DNA of 64,000 nt, from positions 5,874,066 through 5,938,065 of the forward strand of contig MU058221.1 of assembly GCA_013265495.1 (NCBI GenBank), written 5' to 3'. Numbering within the stretch: the first letter of the stretch is position 1; every line of letters begins with the position of its first letter. The notes under the pieces are model-generated. The model ran no database searches. It was given only the letters and a program-made list of their open reading frames with translations, and was not told the DNA's origin. This DNA comes from Vicugna vicugna (lineage: Eukaryota). The translations under genes were made by a program, and so were the position numbers. Of the stretch, positions 24,813 to 37,881 are shown in pieces.

Positions 24813-27800
24813 ACAATAAAAATGTTCTCAATTTGCTTTTCCAGGAGTATTGCCCTGTTCAATATCCGCACGTGGGATGTAGTGATGATGATATTTATCT
24901 CTTCTTAAGAGTGCTTATTACATGCCTAGCATTGTTCTAAGCCTTTTACATGTATTAACTTATTCAATCTTTATAATTCGCCATGAAGTAAGTACTTGAT
25001 TTACAGAGGAGGAATTGAGGCCTGGAAGATGTTCCATGAAAAAAAGGACATGGAATCAAAAGGTTATTGGAGAAAAGCTTCGCATGATATTCTCTAATAC
25101 TCTCCTCTGAGAGATTACAGTGAAGAACTTAACTGTGTAAAACCCAGTGTTTCCCACGCACGTTTAACCAGAGTCCTTGTCTCCCCCAACCCCCAGTAAC
25201 ACCTACTGAAACTCACAAAAGTAAAATTCTGTAGAACGTAAGTTTGGAAAATGTTTGTTTAATAGAAATCTCCATTACAGCAAGTCACACATTTCCAATT
25301 CTTGCCTATTATTGGTGGATGCAAAGCAAATATTTCCTCAACATCTTTTTGGGCAAAGAACAGAAAATTCACTGTACTCAACTTGTACCAAAAGTGGAAA
25401 AATATGGGGCATGAGTTTGGGGAATTCAGGTTCAGACATAAGGAGGAAAGTCTTTCCTGTTTCACATGTGGCATCTTCTCCTGGCACCTGCTGGGAGGAG
25501 GCATCGTGGGGCCACCCCAGGAGAGAGAGAAGGTGAGCAGCAGTTCCAGGCAGCCTGTGCAGTGGAGGCAGAGACCAGCCAAAAAGGGTACTGTGGAAAG
25601 GGGCCATGGAAGGACTAGATGAGAATGAAGTCTGGTGGGTGCTGGCTATCGACTGCAAACAATAAAAGACCATGGAAAGAAGGCAGTAAAGAATGGTGCC
25701 TGGCAGAGAGAAGTAACAGAAGAGCAGCTAACGAGAGATGCAGATGTAGTCTAGGGTTCTGCCCACCCTTTTGTTCCTGCTCCTGTATTTCTGAGTGTGG
25801 GTACAGGTTTTTCTTGTCATCCAGATGGCTTTATCTATTTTTTTTTAATTCCTTTTGGCACCTAGCATAGTGCTTATTTCACAGGAGGCACTCAATAAAT
25901 GATAGCATAGTTCGAAGGAGCACTTTGAACAAACATGACCTCCTGCTTCATGTGGCAGATAGAAGCAAAGCCAGAAATAACTAATGTCAACAGAGGATAG
26001 CAGAAACTTACTACGAGGAGATGGAGAAACTTTAGAAGCTGTCCTTGTAGCTCTGTGCCAACCAGTTATTGACTTTTGGAAAGTGCCGTCTTGAGGGGAA
26101 GCCAGTTGGTTGCCTTCCTAACGGTGTTTCAAAGAGTAATATTACCTTGGTGGATTTGCCGCAGGCTAGGATCTGACTTTCAACCTTGCAGACTTAAAAA
26201 TCTGTCTCTTTCAACACTCAGGCCTCCCAGCGCTAGTTCACAGGAATATGCAGTTCTGTTTGCAGAGCCTCAGCAGAATGCCATGAGGGGACAGAAACTA
26301 ACTGAATGATTACAAGAAAGAGATAGAGAAGTTACAGAGTATTTCACAGAAGAGAGACAAGCTGTTCTGTTAGACTGGCCCGGCCATGAGCAGTACCAGG
26401 CAAGCCTCTGGTGAAATTCGAGAGGGCTCCATCCCTAAGCCTAGCGATTAGGTGAGGCTAGAAATAACAACCACAGGGGAGGTGAGATGAGCTTGCCTTG
26501 TGGCTTCTGGGTGGAGTGTGAACGGTGTTCTGAGGAGAAGAAAGTGCTTGCTGGACTGAGAGAAATGGTGGTATCAGTGACTGAAACACAGTTCAACAGC
26601 ACAGAAAGGTTTTAGGAAATCAAAACGAAGGGAGCCAGGCCGAGGTACCCAATCGCTGAGCCTGGACTGCCGCTGGGAAGGAGGGTGACACCTTTCAGGT
26701 GTCCGTTTTCTCCTTATTAGTTCTGGCTTCCTGTAGGTGGGCGGCCTTGCTGGTTCAGGCGTCTTTAACAGCCATGTAGAACCGCAGAATAAGGAAAGCT
26801 CTGATGGATGTACCATTGGAGAAAAGGAATCAAAGTCTGAACAAGTTTGATCCCCCCCCCCACACCGTTTGAGGGTTTCTGTTTTGTTTTGTTAAGTGGT
26901 GGGGGTTCTTAATTCTGAGTGGGCGGAAGAGGTGAGCTGAGGAATACGTTTTTAACCCACTGTGCCTGTGCGCTGAGTCTGGTGCTGTAGGAGCGACTCT
27001 GCTAAAAAGAAGCTGATTGAAAATGGAAAGGGGTGCCCCGGGGGAAGAGTACAGAAGGAGAAGCAGCACAGTGGAATATAGAGGCCAAAAGAGGAGAGAG
27101 TGCTTGGGGTGGTAACACCACTTTCAGTTGTCTGTTTCATGTTTGTTGCTGGCCCAAGTCTGTATGAAGTTCAAGGCAGTGGATACTCCTCAAGAGAAGG
27201 AGTAGACCTGGCCATCTCTCCTCTGGATCCAGCCTCACCAAGGACTTGAGCGCTACTGGAAAGGGGTGGGCAAGCCATGACTGTAGAGAGATTGAGAATC
27301 ATCTTTTAAAAAAAGGGGAAATTGAAATGAACTATTCCTAAGGACCAAAACTAGGCCAGGAAGAGGAATGAAAGGGGCCCTCTGGAATTTGTCCTTATAA
27401 AATGCTGACCTCTTACTAATTTAGGCTTATGAAGCACTTGGTGTTGTGGTAGGAAACGGGCACTAAATAAGGCAGTGTCATACTTCATAAAATCTGCAGA
27501 ACTGTGCTGTCCTGCATGGCGGCCACTTGTCACATGTAACTGTTGGGCACTTCTGCTGAGCTCTGCATGACTCAGAGCCTCCTGTAAAGTTGAAATGTGA
27601 ATATTGTTTAAGTAGATTCAAATGCATACCTATTGAGTTGACTTTTTCTTAAATAGCACGTAAGAAGGACAGAGATTTACACCAACTCTGAGATGAGTGA
27701 AATGTTAGTGGTTCCAGCGATGGAGTCAACTCATATATGAGAATTTACCACCTGAAAATAGCTCAGGAATGAAATGAAATGTCTCAGAAATCCTAAAGCA

Positions 27801-30800
27801 GAGTTACAGGGTTCTTTTTTTGGCTGAGCTTGATTTTTGCCTGTCTGAATTTTTTAAGCACGTGATTCAGTCACCAGTGCCATTCAGGCAGGTCCACAAC
27901 TGTGGAGTAAATAATGTTACTCGTTTCCCTGAACTTCAGCTTTTTTCCCCAAGAAGATAGTTCTAAGATAGATTAGAAAAAGAAGATATTTGTAAACCTT
28001 TAAAAAAAAAAAACTGCCATGAAGGATTGTAGCGGAACGTGCTGTAAGAATTGGCAAGAGGTGTTTTTATTCAATATTACCAGAAATGGACACCAACCCA
28101 GGTCAGCAAAATTGTGAGAGAGAAACAGACGAATGCTGTCAGTTAGGTTCCTGGGGACGAACGGCTGACTGTGATGGTGGAACCTGTTTTATTTAATTAT
28201 TTTGGGAGTAATGTGGAAATTCTAAATATGGAGCTAACAGTGGGCCAAGTCTTTTTGGAGGCCTGACAGTTAGGATAATTATTGCTTTGCGTTTCTGTGC
28301 GACAATTGATTAGCCATGGGTTGATTTTAACTTAGTCACCAAAGTAAGTAGTATTGTCTTGAGGTCTTTTTATGGAAGAGGCCCAGAAGGTCTGCTTATT
28401 AGGAGAATGCAGTGGCATTGAACAGAGAGAACTGTGACAGTGATGGCCTTACTGGGTTTAATTTTTTTTTGTCTACAGTGTTTCTCTGAACACAGAATGG
28501 TTTCAAAGCTGACAGTGCTCTTGGGGCCCACACTGGAGATTAGGGAGCTGAGTTTCTTGTAAAAAAAACTACTGTAAAGTTAGTCATGTAACTGAATGTT
28601 TAATTAGCTTGCTGGTTGTAGTGTAGTGGTGGTTAAGTTTTTCAAAAATTAAAGATCAAGAGTTTTCTGCTAGAAATGCCATTAACCAGAGTACAGCACC
28701 TCTTCCCGTAACAGCTCATTAACTAGTTTTTTGTCTTCCTGGTCACGTGTCTTCTAGGGCCTTGTAGGCAGGTGGATGAGTACGTTTTTGGTGCCAGTTT
28801 TGGTTTTATGCTTTTGTGGTTCTTGTGTTTCGTAGGTTTTGGATTTGGTTGTATCAGGTTAATTAAGGCTGTGACTGTCTTCTGCCCCTTAGTCCTGCTC
28901 AGTGAATCAGATACCCAGATATTCAGTGTGAACTTCCAGCTGAGAAAACTTCAAAACTTTTTGAAGAGGATTAACGTACACATGCTGATGGGTCCTATTC
29001 CCACAGAGTTGATTCTGTAGGAATCCAGGCTGCACTGAGTATGACATGGGAGTGCCCAAGGAACTCTTTTAAATGTAATTTTCTTATTGAAAATATGGTC
29101 CTGGAGAACATTAGTCTTCATCCATTCAGTTAACACACATTAAATAGCTTGTTACTGAGTGTCTGTGTCTGTGTGCCATCTCTGCGGTTGGTGCTTTAAC
29201 TACCCCGTCATTTAATGCCCACAACCCTTTGAGTTGCCCCCATTTTATCTGAGAGCAGCAGGGAACAGGTTGCCCAGGTTCAGCAGCGCAGCGCCGGGGT
29301 TAATCCATGCCCGCCTGGCCCTGCTGACCTGCGCTTTCCATGGGAGGGGTGCCGAGGTGAGCAAGGCAGAGCCCCTCCCTCCCTCCAGGGACTAGAAATG
29401 GTCCTTCCATGTAGACTGTGTCAGGAGCCATGAGAGAGATCTGAATAAAGAACTAGAGTTCTGTGCATGGAGAGATTGTTAAGAAACTTGTAGAGAATGC
29501 TAGGGCCTGGCATTTTTCAGTTCTGTTTTCAGCTACTCAGTTTGCGTTTGATTGTCCTTTTGCAAAAATATAACAAACACTTACATTGGGAGATAGGACC
29601 ACGGCTTCTAATTTCAGAGGGGACAAGTCTTCCTTCTGGACACATCACTGTTGATGGTAACACAAGCTGCCAGACCAAGTTGTCCGAAGATGCTTTGCGT
29701 GGTTTTCTTGGCCTGCACCTCTCTCCCTCTGTTCTGTTCTCAGCAGGCCTCTTATTTTCCTCTTTTAATTCTTTACGCCACGTGACAAATGCCTCTGATT
29801 GATCCTGTTGGCCAGCCACTGTGCTGCGCCTCCTGTGTTGTGTAACTTCCTTCTGGGCATAAACCTCTCTCTGGGCTTTTCCAGCGCAGCTGTCCCTCCT
29901 CTCACGGAGAAGAGTGGAGGGGCAGAGAGCCCGGTGCTGCTGGGTTCAGTTCCTCAAAAGGCCTAAAGGGCCTTCTTTGCCTTCATACAGTAATCTCCTG
30001 TCGCTGAGATCCTTATGTTTTTTTCTGTCCTATTTCTTTTCTCTGCTGAACCTGTGGGCGGTCCTCTCTGCACAATTCCAGTATGCTCAAATTCATTTAC
30101 CACAGTTGGGTTAAATAACACCGATTCCCCAGCAACACGGTTCAAATTTGTTTCCACAATGTATTAATTGAATGATTGCATAAAATACAAACTCTTTGCC
30201 AGCGCTTCAGTCCGCAGCTCACCACGTAAGTAACACGTGTGCATCGTGATCACAACCGGTCGCATTCCTGCTGCTTCGGTCTGCCGGTGACTGGTCACAG
30301 TCCATGCTGTGGTCCATACATGACATCCAACTTCGCTGGAGTCATTACTGATAAAAATTCTGATGACTGGAAGTTTTTTTTTCTATATAGCACGTCTTTT
30401 TCCCCCTTTAACATGACATCGTGGACATTTCCCTATAAAAATGAAATTGATTTTTTCTTCTTTTGTGAATTGCCCACTTACGGACTTTGTCCTTTTCTGT
30501 TGTCTTTCATCGGTTACTAAAATTTGTAGTTACTCTCTGTTAGCTCCCTTCTTTGACTATTGCAAACTCTTGTGCGTATGCCTCATATCAGAAACAGAAA
30601 AAGGAAAAGCTCACTGCCTCTTCTTACGTGTTAGTAGGAAGGATGCTCACGCTTCTATGAGTGAGAAGAGGGTAGGAAAAATTTATGGTAAGTGACCTGA
30701 TTTAAGTACATTTCCTGGGATCTGAAGTCAGGCAGGTGCCTGGCAGACTGGAGAATGCCCAGAGCACAGTCCTTTTGGTACTGATGGCCAGTGCTGGGCA

Positions 30801-31985
30801 TTCACAAAGGAGAGCTGCTGGAGTTCCCTTGTGGGTGTCGGCAGGATTCACCAGACTTGGTGTTGCAGCTGGGCCACATTAATCTAGTGCCAGGTCAGGA
30901 TCCAAGCCGTACTTAAATTTAAGTAAATATTTCCAAGGTCCAAGTAATTAATATTTTAAAAAATCACTTTGATTTTTGAGGTCAGAGAAGCTTCATGCAC
31001 CAGCAAGTGGACTGGAATATTTGTATGCATGTGCAGCCCTTTCGGGGAAGGGTAGGTTCCGGTGAGAGTGCAGCTCTGTGAAGTCTAATCCCAGTCAACT
31101 GATTGACTATGAGTAACTTGAAGCATTTCACTCTTGCGGTTTGTAGGATAACTCGGTAGTTCAGATCCTGAGGGTCCTTGGTGAATTAGGTTAACTGGGG
31201 AATATTTGTCCAACTAAAGATCAGATTAAAGAAGGTGATACTGACATCTTCTGCATGTCAATGTGTTAGAGAAATAAAGCAGTGCTTCTTAACACTTGCT
31301 TGCAAGTGTGATTTTAACACCTGCTGATACCCTTTTCGGCTGAGTGCTTACCTTAAACTGGTAGTCCCGTCTCCAGATTGGTTATTCCAGCTGTTTGGAC
31401 TAGTGCGTGTTGTTCTTTCCCGCGTTAGCACTGTGTACACATCTTTTTGGCAACGTGTGCTACACTATGTGGTATTCCTGTACCTTTATCTACCTGATTA
31501 GAATGAAAGCACTTTGAGAGCAAAATACCTGTGTTTACTGTTTTTCGTCTCAAATCAAGTAGCACAAAATCTTGCACGAGTGGAAGTTTAAAGATAGATG
31601 GAATCAGACTCTTGTGATTCGATTATGGACATGCCGGTTTAACGGGCAGGGAGTATCGTGGATATAAGCAGCGAGCAGTCAGCCTCCTGGCTGCCACTTG
31701 CTTCAAAGTGTAGCTTTGTACAGTCCCAAATATGTCAGAGTCAGTCTTGTCTTGGTGTAAAATTGTCATCTAACTTAATATTTTTTCTTTCTTTCACTGG
31801 CTGAAGAGCATCTCTAGATGCAGTTTTTTTGCGAATAGAAGTGCCTGGGCCAGGGGGTTGATGTTACCACTGACTCCCACAAGATGGCAGACTAAACCCG
31901 TTTTTCGTGTTAGGGTTCAGACAGTTTTTCACACACATGGCTGTGCTCATAATTACTGTTCAAATCTTTCTTGGTTTTTTTTCAG

Positions 31986-32152
31986 ATGGGCAGTATCCAA
32001 CCGAGAAATGCTTATAGCCCAGAACAGCTCCTTGGAGTTTAAGCTTCACAGACTATATTTTATTAGCTTATTAATGGGCGGAACTACAAATCAGCGAGAG
32101 GCATTACAATATGCTAAAAATTTTCAGCCATTTGCCCTAAATCATCAAAAAG
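31986..32152 (+). CDS. RMND5A: RMND5A coding exon 5 (167 nt; CTLH/CRA region)
   Basis: tttttcag|A TGG GCA...CAA AAA G|gtgagt; [55 protein letters not shown]. Confidence 0.97.
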
Positions 32153-32683
32153 GTGAGTCTAGAGTCAGGTTGTTCTTTAGTGTTTGGAGCAGGTCTGTAG
32201 CCGCCACAGGAATTTAAGTTGTCTTAACTAGATCTGATAGATACTCGGTAATAAACTGAGACAGTGGTGGATGCTCGTCACTTACCGCATGAGCTCTTGA
32301 CTGGCTCTAGAACAAAAGTAAAATGTTACACCCTCGTAAGTGCAAAGTCAGGGACATTGCATTTTTGGAGAGTCTGTGTTAAACTAAGAGGAGACAGAGT
32401 GAGGCGTTCTGCACTCACTGCCCCCCCACCCCCACCCCCGTGTTGTCGTTGCCACGGGCGCCCCGGGTGGCGGCACTTAACCCCGAGTAGGGTGTGGGAG
32501 GCCTGGCTGGTTTCACAGCTAGAGATGCGTGGCGGCCCCGTTTGTGACAGGGTTGTTACTGCTCCTCTAGATGATGGTAATTAAAGTAATTTTAAGTTCA
32601 GTATTTAGTGCTTTCATTTTTTCCCTCTCTTTTTCTTTATGCTGCTTCTTTATTAGAAACCAAGCTTAAGGACCAGAATTTTA

Positions 32684-32836
32684 TTTTATTCATTAAAACT
32701 TTTTAAATTTATTTTTCTGGGTGGGGATTTCTTTGGTTATTTATTTATTTATTTTTTAACATGAAGACACTGGGGATGGAACCTAGGACCTCGTGCACGC
32801 TAAGCATGCGCTCTACCACTGAGCTATCCCCTTGCC
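32684..32836 (-). mobile_element. tRNA-derived SINE (vic-1-like), copy 4
   Basis: tggggatggaacctaggacctcgtgcacgctaagcatgcgctctaccactgagctatcccc; 16-bp TSD aaggaccagaatttta at 32668-32683 and 32837-32852. Confidence 0.88.
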
Positions 32837-32983
32837 AAGGACCAGAATTTTAAAAGACGTTGTTAGTTATTTGGGGCTATGTCAATATACTTGGGGAAAT
32901 TTTGGTCTTTTCGGTGAATTCCTTGCAAGCTCCCCTTCAGGTGTGATCACTCACTCCTCCAAACTGCTGCTGCTTTTGTTCAG

Positions 32984-33149
32984 ACATTCAGGTTTTGATG
33001 GGAAGCCTCGTGTACCTGAGACAGGGGATCGAGAACTCGCCATATGTTCACCTGCTTGATGCGAACCAGTGGGCTGACATCTGTGACATCTTCACGCGGG
33101 ATGCCTGTGCCCTCCTGGGGCTCTCCGTGGAGTCCCCCCTCAGTGTCAG
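32984..33149 (+). CDS. RMND5A: RMND5A coding exon 6 (166 nt)
   Basis: ttgttcag|AC ATT CAG...GTC AG|gtatgg; [55 protein letters not shown]. Confidence 0.97.
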
Positions 33150-33305
33150 GTATGGAAACTGGTCTTGTCTGTTACTGAGACACGCATTTGGTCAGTTCTG
33201 TCTAATTTGTTGTCTGGTTCTTGATATTTAAAGCTGAAGGAACGTTTGTCTTTCTGCAGTTGGTACTTCAAGAGTTCATCACAACTGGCGGTGACAGTTT
33301 TAGAT

Positions 33306-34200
33306 CAGTAGTTAACCAGAGTGTGGCCTGTGGTCCTTTGGGGGTCTCTGAGGGCCTTTTCCACTGTGTCAACATTGTGGGTTAAACTGCTCCCGCCTGA
33401 GCCCAGATCAGGGCAGTGGTCCCAGACCCCACAGGGACGTGCGGGATTCCTCACCAGTACACGCTTGGCAGTTTAAGACGTTAGTTTTACTTAAGAATGT
33501 TCTTGACAAAACATTGAAAGCTACTCATTTTATTAAGTCTCAGCCTTTGAGCACACATCTTTTCACTACTCTGTGTGCCCAGGTAGGGAGCTCACAGAAA
33601 GCACTTCAGCTCCATGTCATGTCATGAGACAGTGACAGTTGTCTCAAGAAAAAGCAGCTGTATGGTGCTTAAGTTATGAGCTAAAAAACTAGTTGCCTTT
33701 TCCCTGAAATGCAGTTTTTACTTGAAAAACCACTGAAAGACCAACTCTGGTTCTTCACACTCAGGTTTTTGGCAGATACGTATTCAGATGAGTGATGTGA
33801 GCCGGTCGCATCAGGGAAAGCAGGTGGCAGTGTCTTTTGCCACAGTGATAAAATTCAAGACTTGAAGCCAAAATAGAAATTTGGGGAAATGTAAACCCAC
33901 CATTGTGAGCTTGACAGCTTCCCAGTGCTTAAAAGGTGTTCCCAGTGAGACTGCTGGGGATAGTAATGAATTTGAACTTTTTGATATTATATAATGAAAT
34001 GTGCTAACACTTGGAAGATCAGTGTGTTCTTACAAAATCTTGCATGAGAGGAAGATTCATTCAGAGTACAAGACTGTTGGAGTTTAGTGGGGCAGGGTAC
34101 CAGAAAATACAGGGGCAAGGATTCAGGTGCCACTTTGCAGCTCAGCTTAAAAAAACTACTACCTGGTGAGTTTTGGTGCAGCCCTGGCCAGGTCGCTTTC
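33306..34200 (+). mobile_element. hAT/Charlie1-like DNA transposon remnant
   Basis: Decayed transposase peptide LKNVLDKTLKATHFIKSQPLSTHLFTTLC...KALQLH in ORF 33439-33627; cagtagttaacca TIR-like start; right boundary uncertain. Confidence 0.75.
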
Positions 34201-34598
34201 TTCAACTGAGGACAGTCCAGGAGAGGGACTCGACCAAGAGTTGACTGCCAGCACGTCCAGATCTGAGAAATGCACACTTCTGCCCTGGACAGGGGTGATC
34301 TGGGTGGGCAAGGAACTGTGCAAGGAGATGGCTCAGAATGTCGTTGATGTTAACGATGCCATTAATGATGGATACGCAGAGCCTATTAAATCGAGTGGTT
34401 TTGTAAACTGTTGAGGTGTGTGTGTGCGCGCACGGGCTCACGCACACACGCGCTGACTTAGCAAAGCAGGGGGCTTTGTAATACTTTGAATCCAGCACCC
34501 GGGGCCCTCTGCACGGAGTCTGCAGGAGTTGGCGTTTCCTCAAGCTGAGCTTTCTGACACCTGGCCTGGCACTAACGTTTCCTCTTCTGCCCTCCCAG

Positions 34599-34701
34599 TT
34601 TCTCAGCAGGGTGTGTGGCGCTGCCGGCTTTAATTAATATCAAAGCTGTGATCGAGCAGAGGCAGTGCACAGGAGTTTGGAACCAGAAAGATGAATTACC
34701 T
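34599..34701 (+). CDS. RMND5A: RMND5A coding exon 7 (103 nt)
   Basis: cctcccag|T TTC TCA...TTA CCT|gtgagt; (S)[34 protein letters not shown]; not represented in the ORF track. Confidence 0.96.
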
Positions 34702-36590
34702 GTGAGTTCCACTTTCTTTCGTTCTTGCCTCTCCTGTCGTTAGAAGAACTTGGATATTAAGAATTTTAAATGCCTGTCCTGCCTTTTAATCAGGGAACAG
34801 GATTGTAATTGTTTGACAGGATCCTTTTCCGTATATGTAGACGTGATGAAACCATAGAACTGGGAGCTGGTACATTTTGGAGGCACTGGAGCAGTTTTCT
34901 TACCATTACTTAAGAGTGGCAGTGACAGCTCGTGAAGGAAAAATACAGGTGGGAAGGGCGGTCTATACTGTAGCGTGCGCTGTGTTCTGTGGTGCGGTTG
35001 ATAAACCACTCACACTGTGGACTTTTAAAAATGTAAAAGTGGTGAGTCAGCTTGATTGGATTCAGTTTTGTCTTAAATATTGATATTTATGGGGTCATGG
35101 GTTTGTGCTGGTTGTGTTTCCCAATACCAATTAAAATGAGTACATAGCTGTTAAGGGCCGTCCCAGGGACACCCGCAGTCAGCAGTGGCCCTCCCGTGCT
35201 GTGTGCCCGCCGCTGTCGTGGAACAGGCCGGGGTTTTCAACATCAGCTCCAGTCACGAGCTCTCTAACTTCTCAAAGCGGTAGTTTGTCCATGTCTACAG
35301 CGAGGACCATGCTTCTCTTTATGGGGCTGTTGAAGGCTAGAGACAGCATTGGTATGCTGGGGATAGTGTGGACCACAGCAGGCAGTCAGGTTTCGTTGCC
35401 ATGTGGTTATGACACGTGTGTGTGTTTCCACCAGGCCTCTGACAGGAGTCCCCGTGCCTGTCGTGACAGTGCCACAGGCCCTAATGGGCTAAAACACGCG
35501 TTTGGCTTTTGGCTGTGTTTCTGCCCCCCCCCCCCCCCCACTGGTAGCTGGCGGTTGGCTGCCCCAGCTTCTCAGAGATCCGCTCCGATCAAAGGCACAG
35601 GTGCGGCCCCAGTCCCGAGTGCGGTCAGGACGCCAGCCGCACCCAGCGGGGCTGCTGCTCGTCTGAGCGGGCGGGGGGCGCCGAGCCTCCCCTCGCCTCG
35701 CCGGGGCAGGTGTTCCCAGTTGTGTCGTCAGAACCTTTGACCCTCGGGCCCTGGGCCAGCGCGCAGTGAAAGCTGAACTCGCCCGAAGCCCGGGCGCCGG
35801 GGAATAGCGCGCTGGGAGGTGCTGGGGTCGAGTGTTTCTCGGAGCTATTCTTACACTTGGTCGACTTTCTAGAAGAGTCTGAGTGATAGACATTTATACT
35901 GACAGCCGTGCTAGATTGAGAAGGAAAGAAACAGGAAGAACCGGCCTTCGTGGAGCCTCTGTCGTGCGCCTGCCACTGTGCTGAGCTGATTCCATAGCTT
36001 CTGTTCGTTGTGTTTGCTGGAAGGAGGGAGCCGATACAGGTGCCACTGTCTCGGATGACAGGTTGTGAGGGGGCCTGAGGGTCTGTAAAGCCCTTGTTTC
36101 AGGTGGTTTCTCTGGACAGGTGCACACAGAACAGGGGAAGCCCGGACCTGGAGCCCACGTGGCAGCAGCGGCGTTTAGCCTGCGTTAGAGGCGTTGCCAG
36201 CCTGGCTTGTGTCGCCAAGCTAAGTGTCCCACAGGAACAGCCGGGATTTCTGCTGGGGTAGCTCTTCGGTATATCCTGAACACATTTTCAGTACAAATTA
36301 CAGATTTTCGAGAGTGTTTGACTTACAGAGCATTGCCTTGCTCTTCCTCTCAGACATCAGAATTTGGTCTGAAAAGTAGTGTTAAAAATAATTTTGAGGG
36401 CTAATTTAGAATTATGAAGTAATACTTTGAATCCCTAAGACTGCCTATTTGAGCAAGTTAGAAAAATGCTGTAACAAGTTGCCGTCAGTTGAGTAGATTT
36501 GATAAATGTTCCTTGCTGCCTAGTGCGTATCAGCATGTGGATGGTTATCTGTAATGTAACTTGAGACTCTTAACTTTTTTAAAAAAACAG

Positions 36591-36745
36591 ATTGAAGTGG
36601 ACCTTGGTAAGAAGTGCTGGTATCACTCTATTTTTGCCTGTCCTATTCTTCGTCAGCAAACAACAGACAACAATCCACCCATGAAATTGGTCTGTGGTCA
36701 TATTATATCAAGAGATGCCCTGAATAAAATGTTTAACGGTAGCAA
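36591..36745 (+). CDS. RMND5A: RMND5A coding exon 8 (155 nt; RING-Gid zinc finger)
   Basis: aaaacag|ATT GAA...AGC AA|gtaagt; [51 protein letters not shown]. Confidence 0.97.
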
Positions 36746-37881
36746 GTAAGTGTCTGACTTTTGAAAAATGTTTGTTAAAAAAAAAGGTAGACTTTAGAAA
36801 TTAATAGATTTCTTAACTATTCATTTAGTATCGTGGGTGTTTTCTGATTTTTTTGTCAGTCCTGAATTTGTTGGTTAGATTTATGGGCGTGGTCTTCAGC
36901 CCCTCTCATCCCTTCCCCCTTTCCACAGATGGTAGCGTGCTGTGTACTGTTCTGCGCTTTGCTTTTTCACTTAGTGATGCATCTTAGAGGTCTTTTAATG
37001 ATATAGAAAGAGTCCTCATTCTTTTTTAAAGCTGCAGAATATTCTACCATATGGAAATAGGATCATTTATTGAACCAGTTCCCTAATGATGAGCATTTAA
37101 CCTTTGTTACTATAGAGTGAATTTACCATATCTTTGTGTGATTTATAAATTTGTAGAATTGGAATTACTAATTCAAAGGATATATACATTTATAATTTTT
37201 ATACATGATGAGCCCAGCTTTTAAAAAGACAATCTCAAAACTGTTTGTAGCTTAAGTGGCTAGAAGATGTTTCATTGGAGTTGGTTTCAGACCCATTATG
37301 GTTAAGTCTTTCTTCTCAGAGAAGCCTCTGGCTTGTAATAAAGCTGCCTGTGCCCTTCCCAGCAGCCCTTGGAGTGCGGGTGAGTGGCCACTAGAAGCCA
37401 GACGGTGGTCTTGGTTCGGGCCGTGCTGGGTTCCTGTGTACCTGCAGGTGCAGGCCGCTCTGGGTGGGCCGCGTGTCCTGTAGGCTTAACAGCTGGCATC
37501 AGACCTGCTGCATGTGAGTGGACTGTGACACTCGTACCTCCGAAAGTCATTTCAAGATCGGTGCAAGCTAAACCTTGGAGGAGAAAAGTTGGATTTCCTC
37601 CTGAAACCCCAAATGCAGTTTTCAGAACAGTTGTCTTTGTTTTTTGTACAAAATAATTTTCACTGATTTCCACTAAAGAAGAGCCTTTCAGTGTGGGGTC
37701 TGGCTTGGATGGTGTTCATTTGTGACGCTGGCTGTTACAGTAAGAGAAAACACAGTTGCCCCTCAAAGCAAAAAACAGTGTATGTGTGTAATTTTTTTAA
37801 AGATACTCTGTAAGTACATGAAAATTGAATGCTCTGTACTGATCCTGTTCCTTGATTCCATGTTTTCTCTCTTGTCTTTAG

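Noticed and set aside
33439..33627. Possible domesticated hAT transposase exon
   Set aside because: Short, followed by stops and frameshifts; a decayed Charlie remnant
35201..35893. 179-aa and 134-aa ORFs in intron 7
   Set aside because: Explained by stop-codon scarcity in GC-rich DNA; low-complexity P/A/R/S composition
34702..36590. Intron 7 as a true U12 intron
   Set aside because: The donor is GTGAGT rather than RTATCCTT; only the acceptor side is atypical
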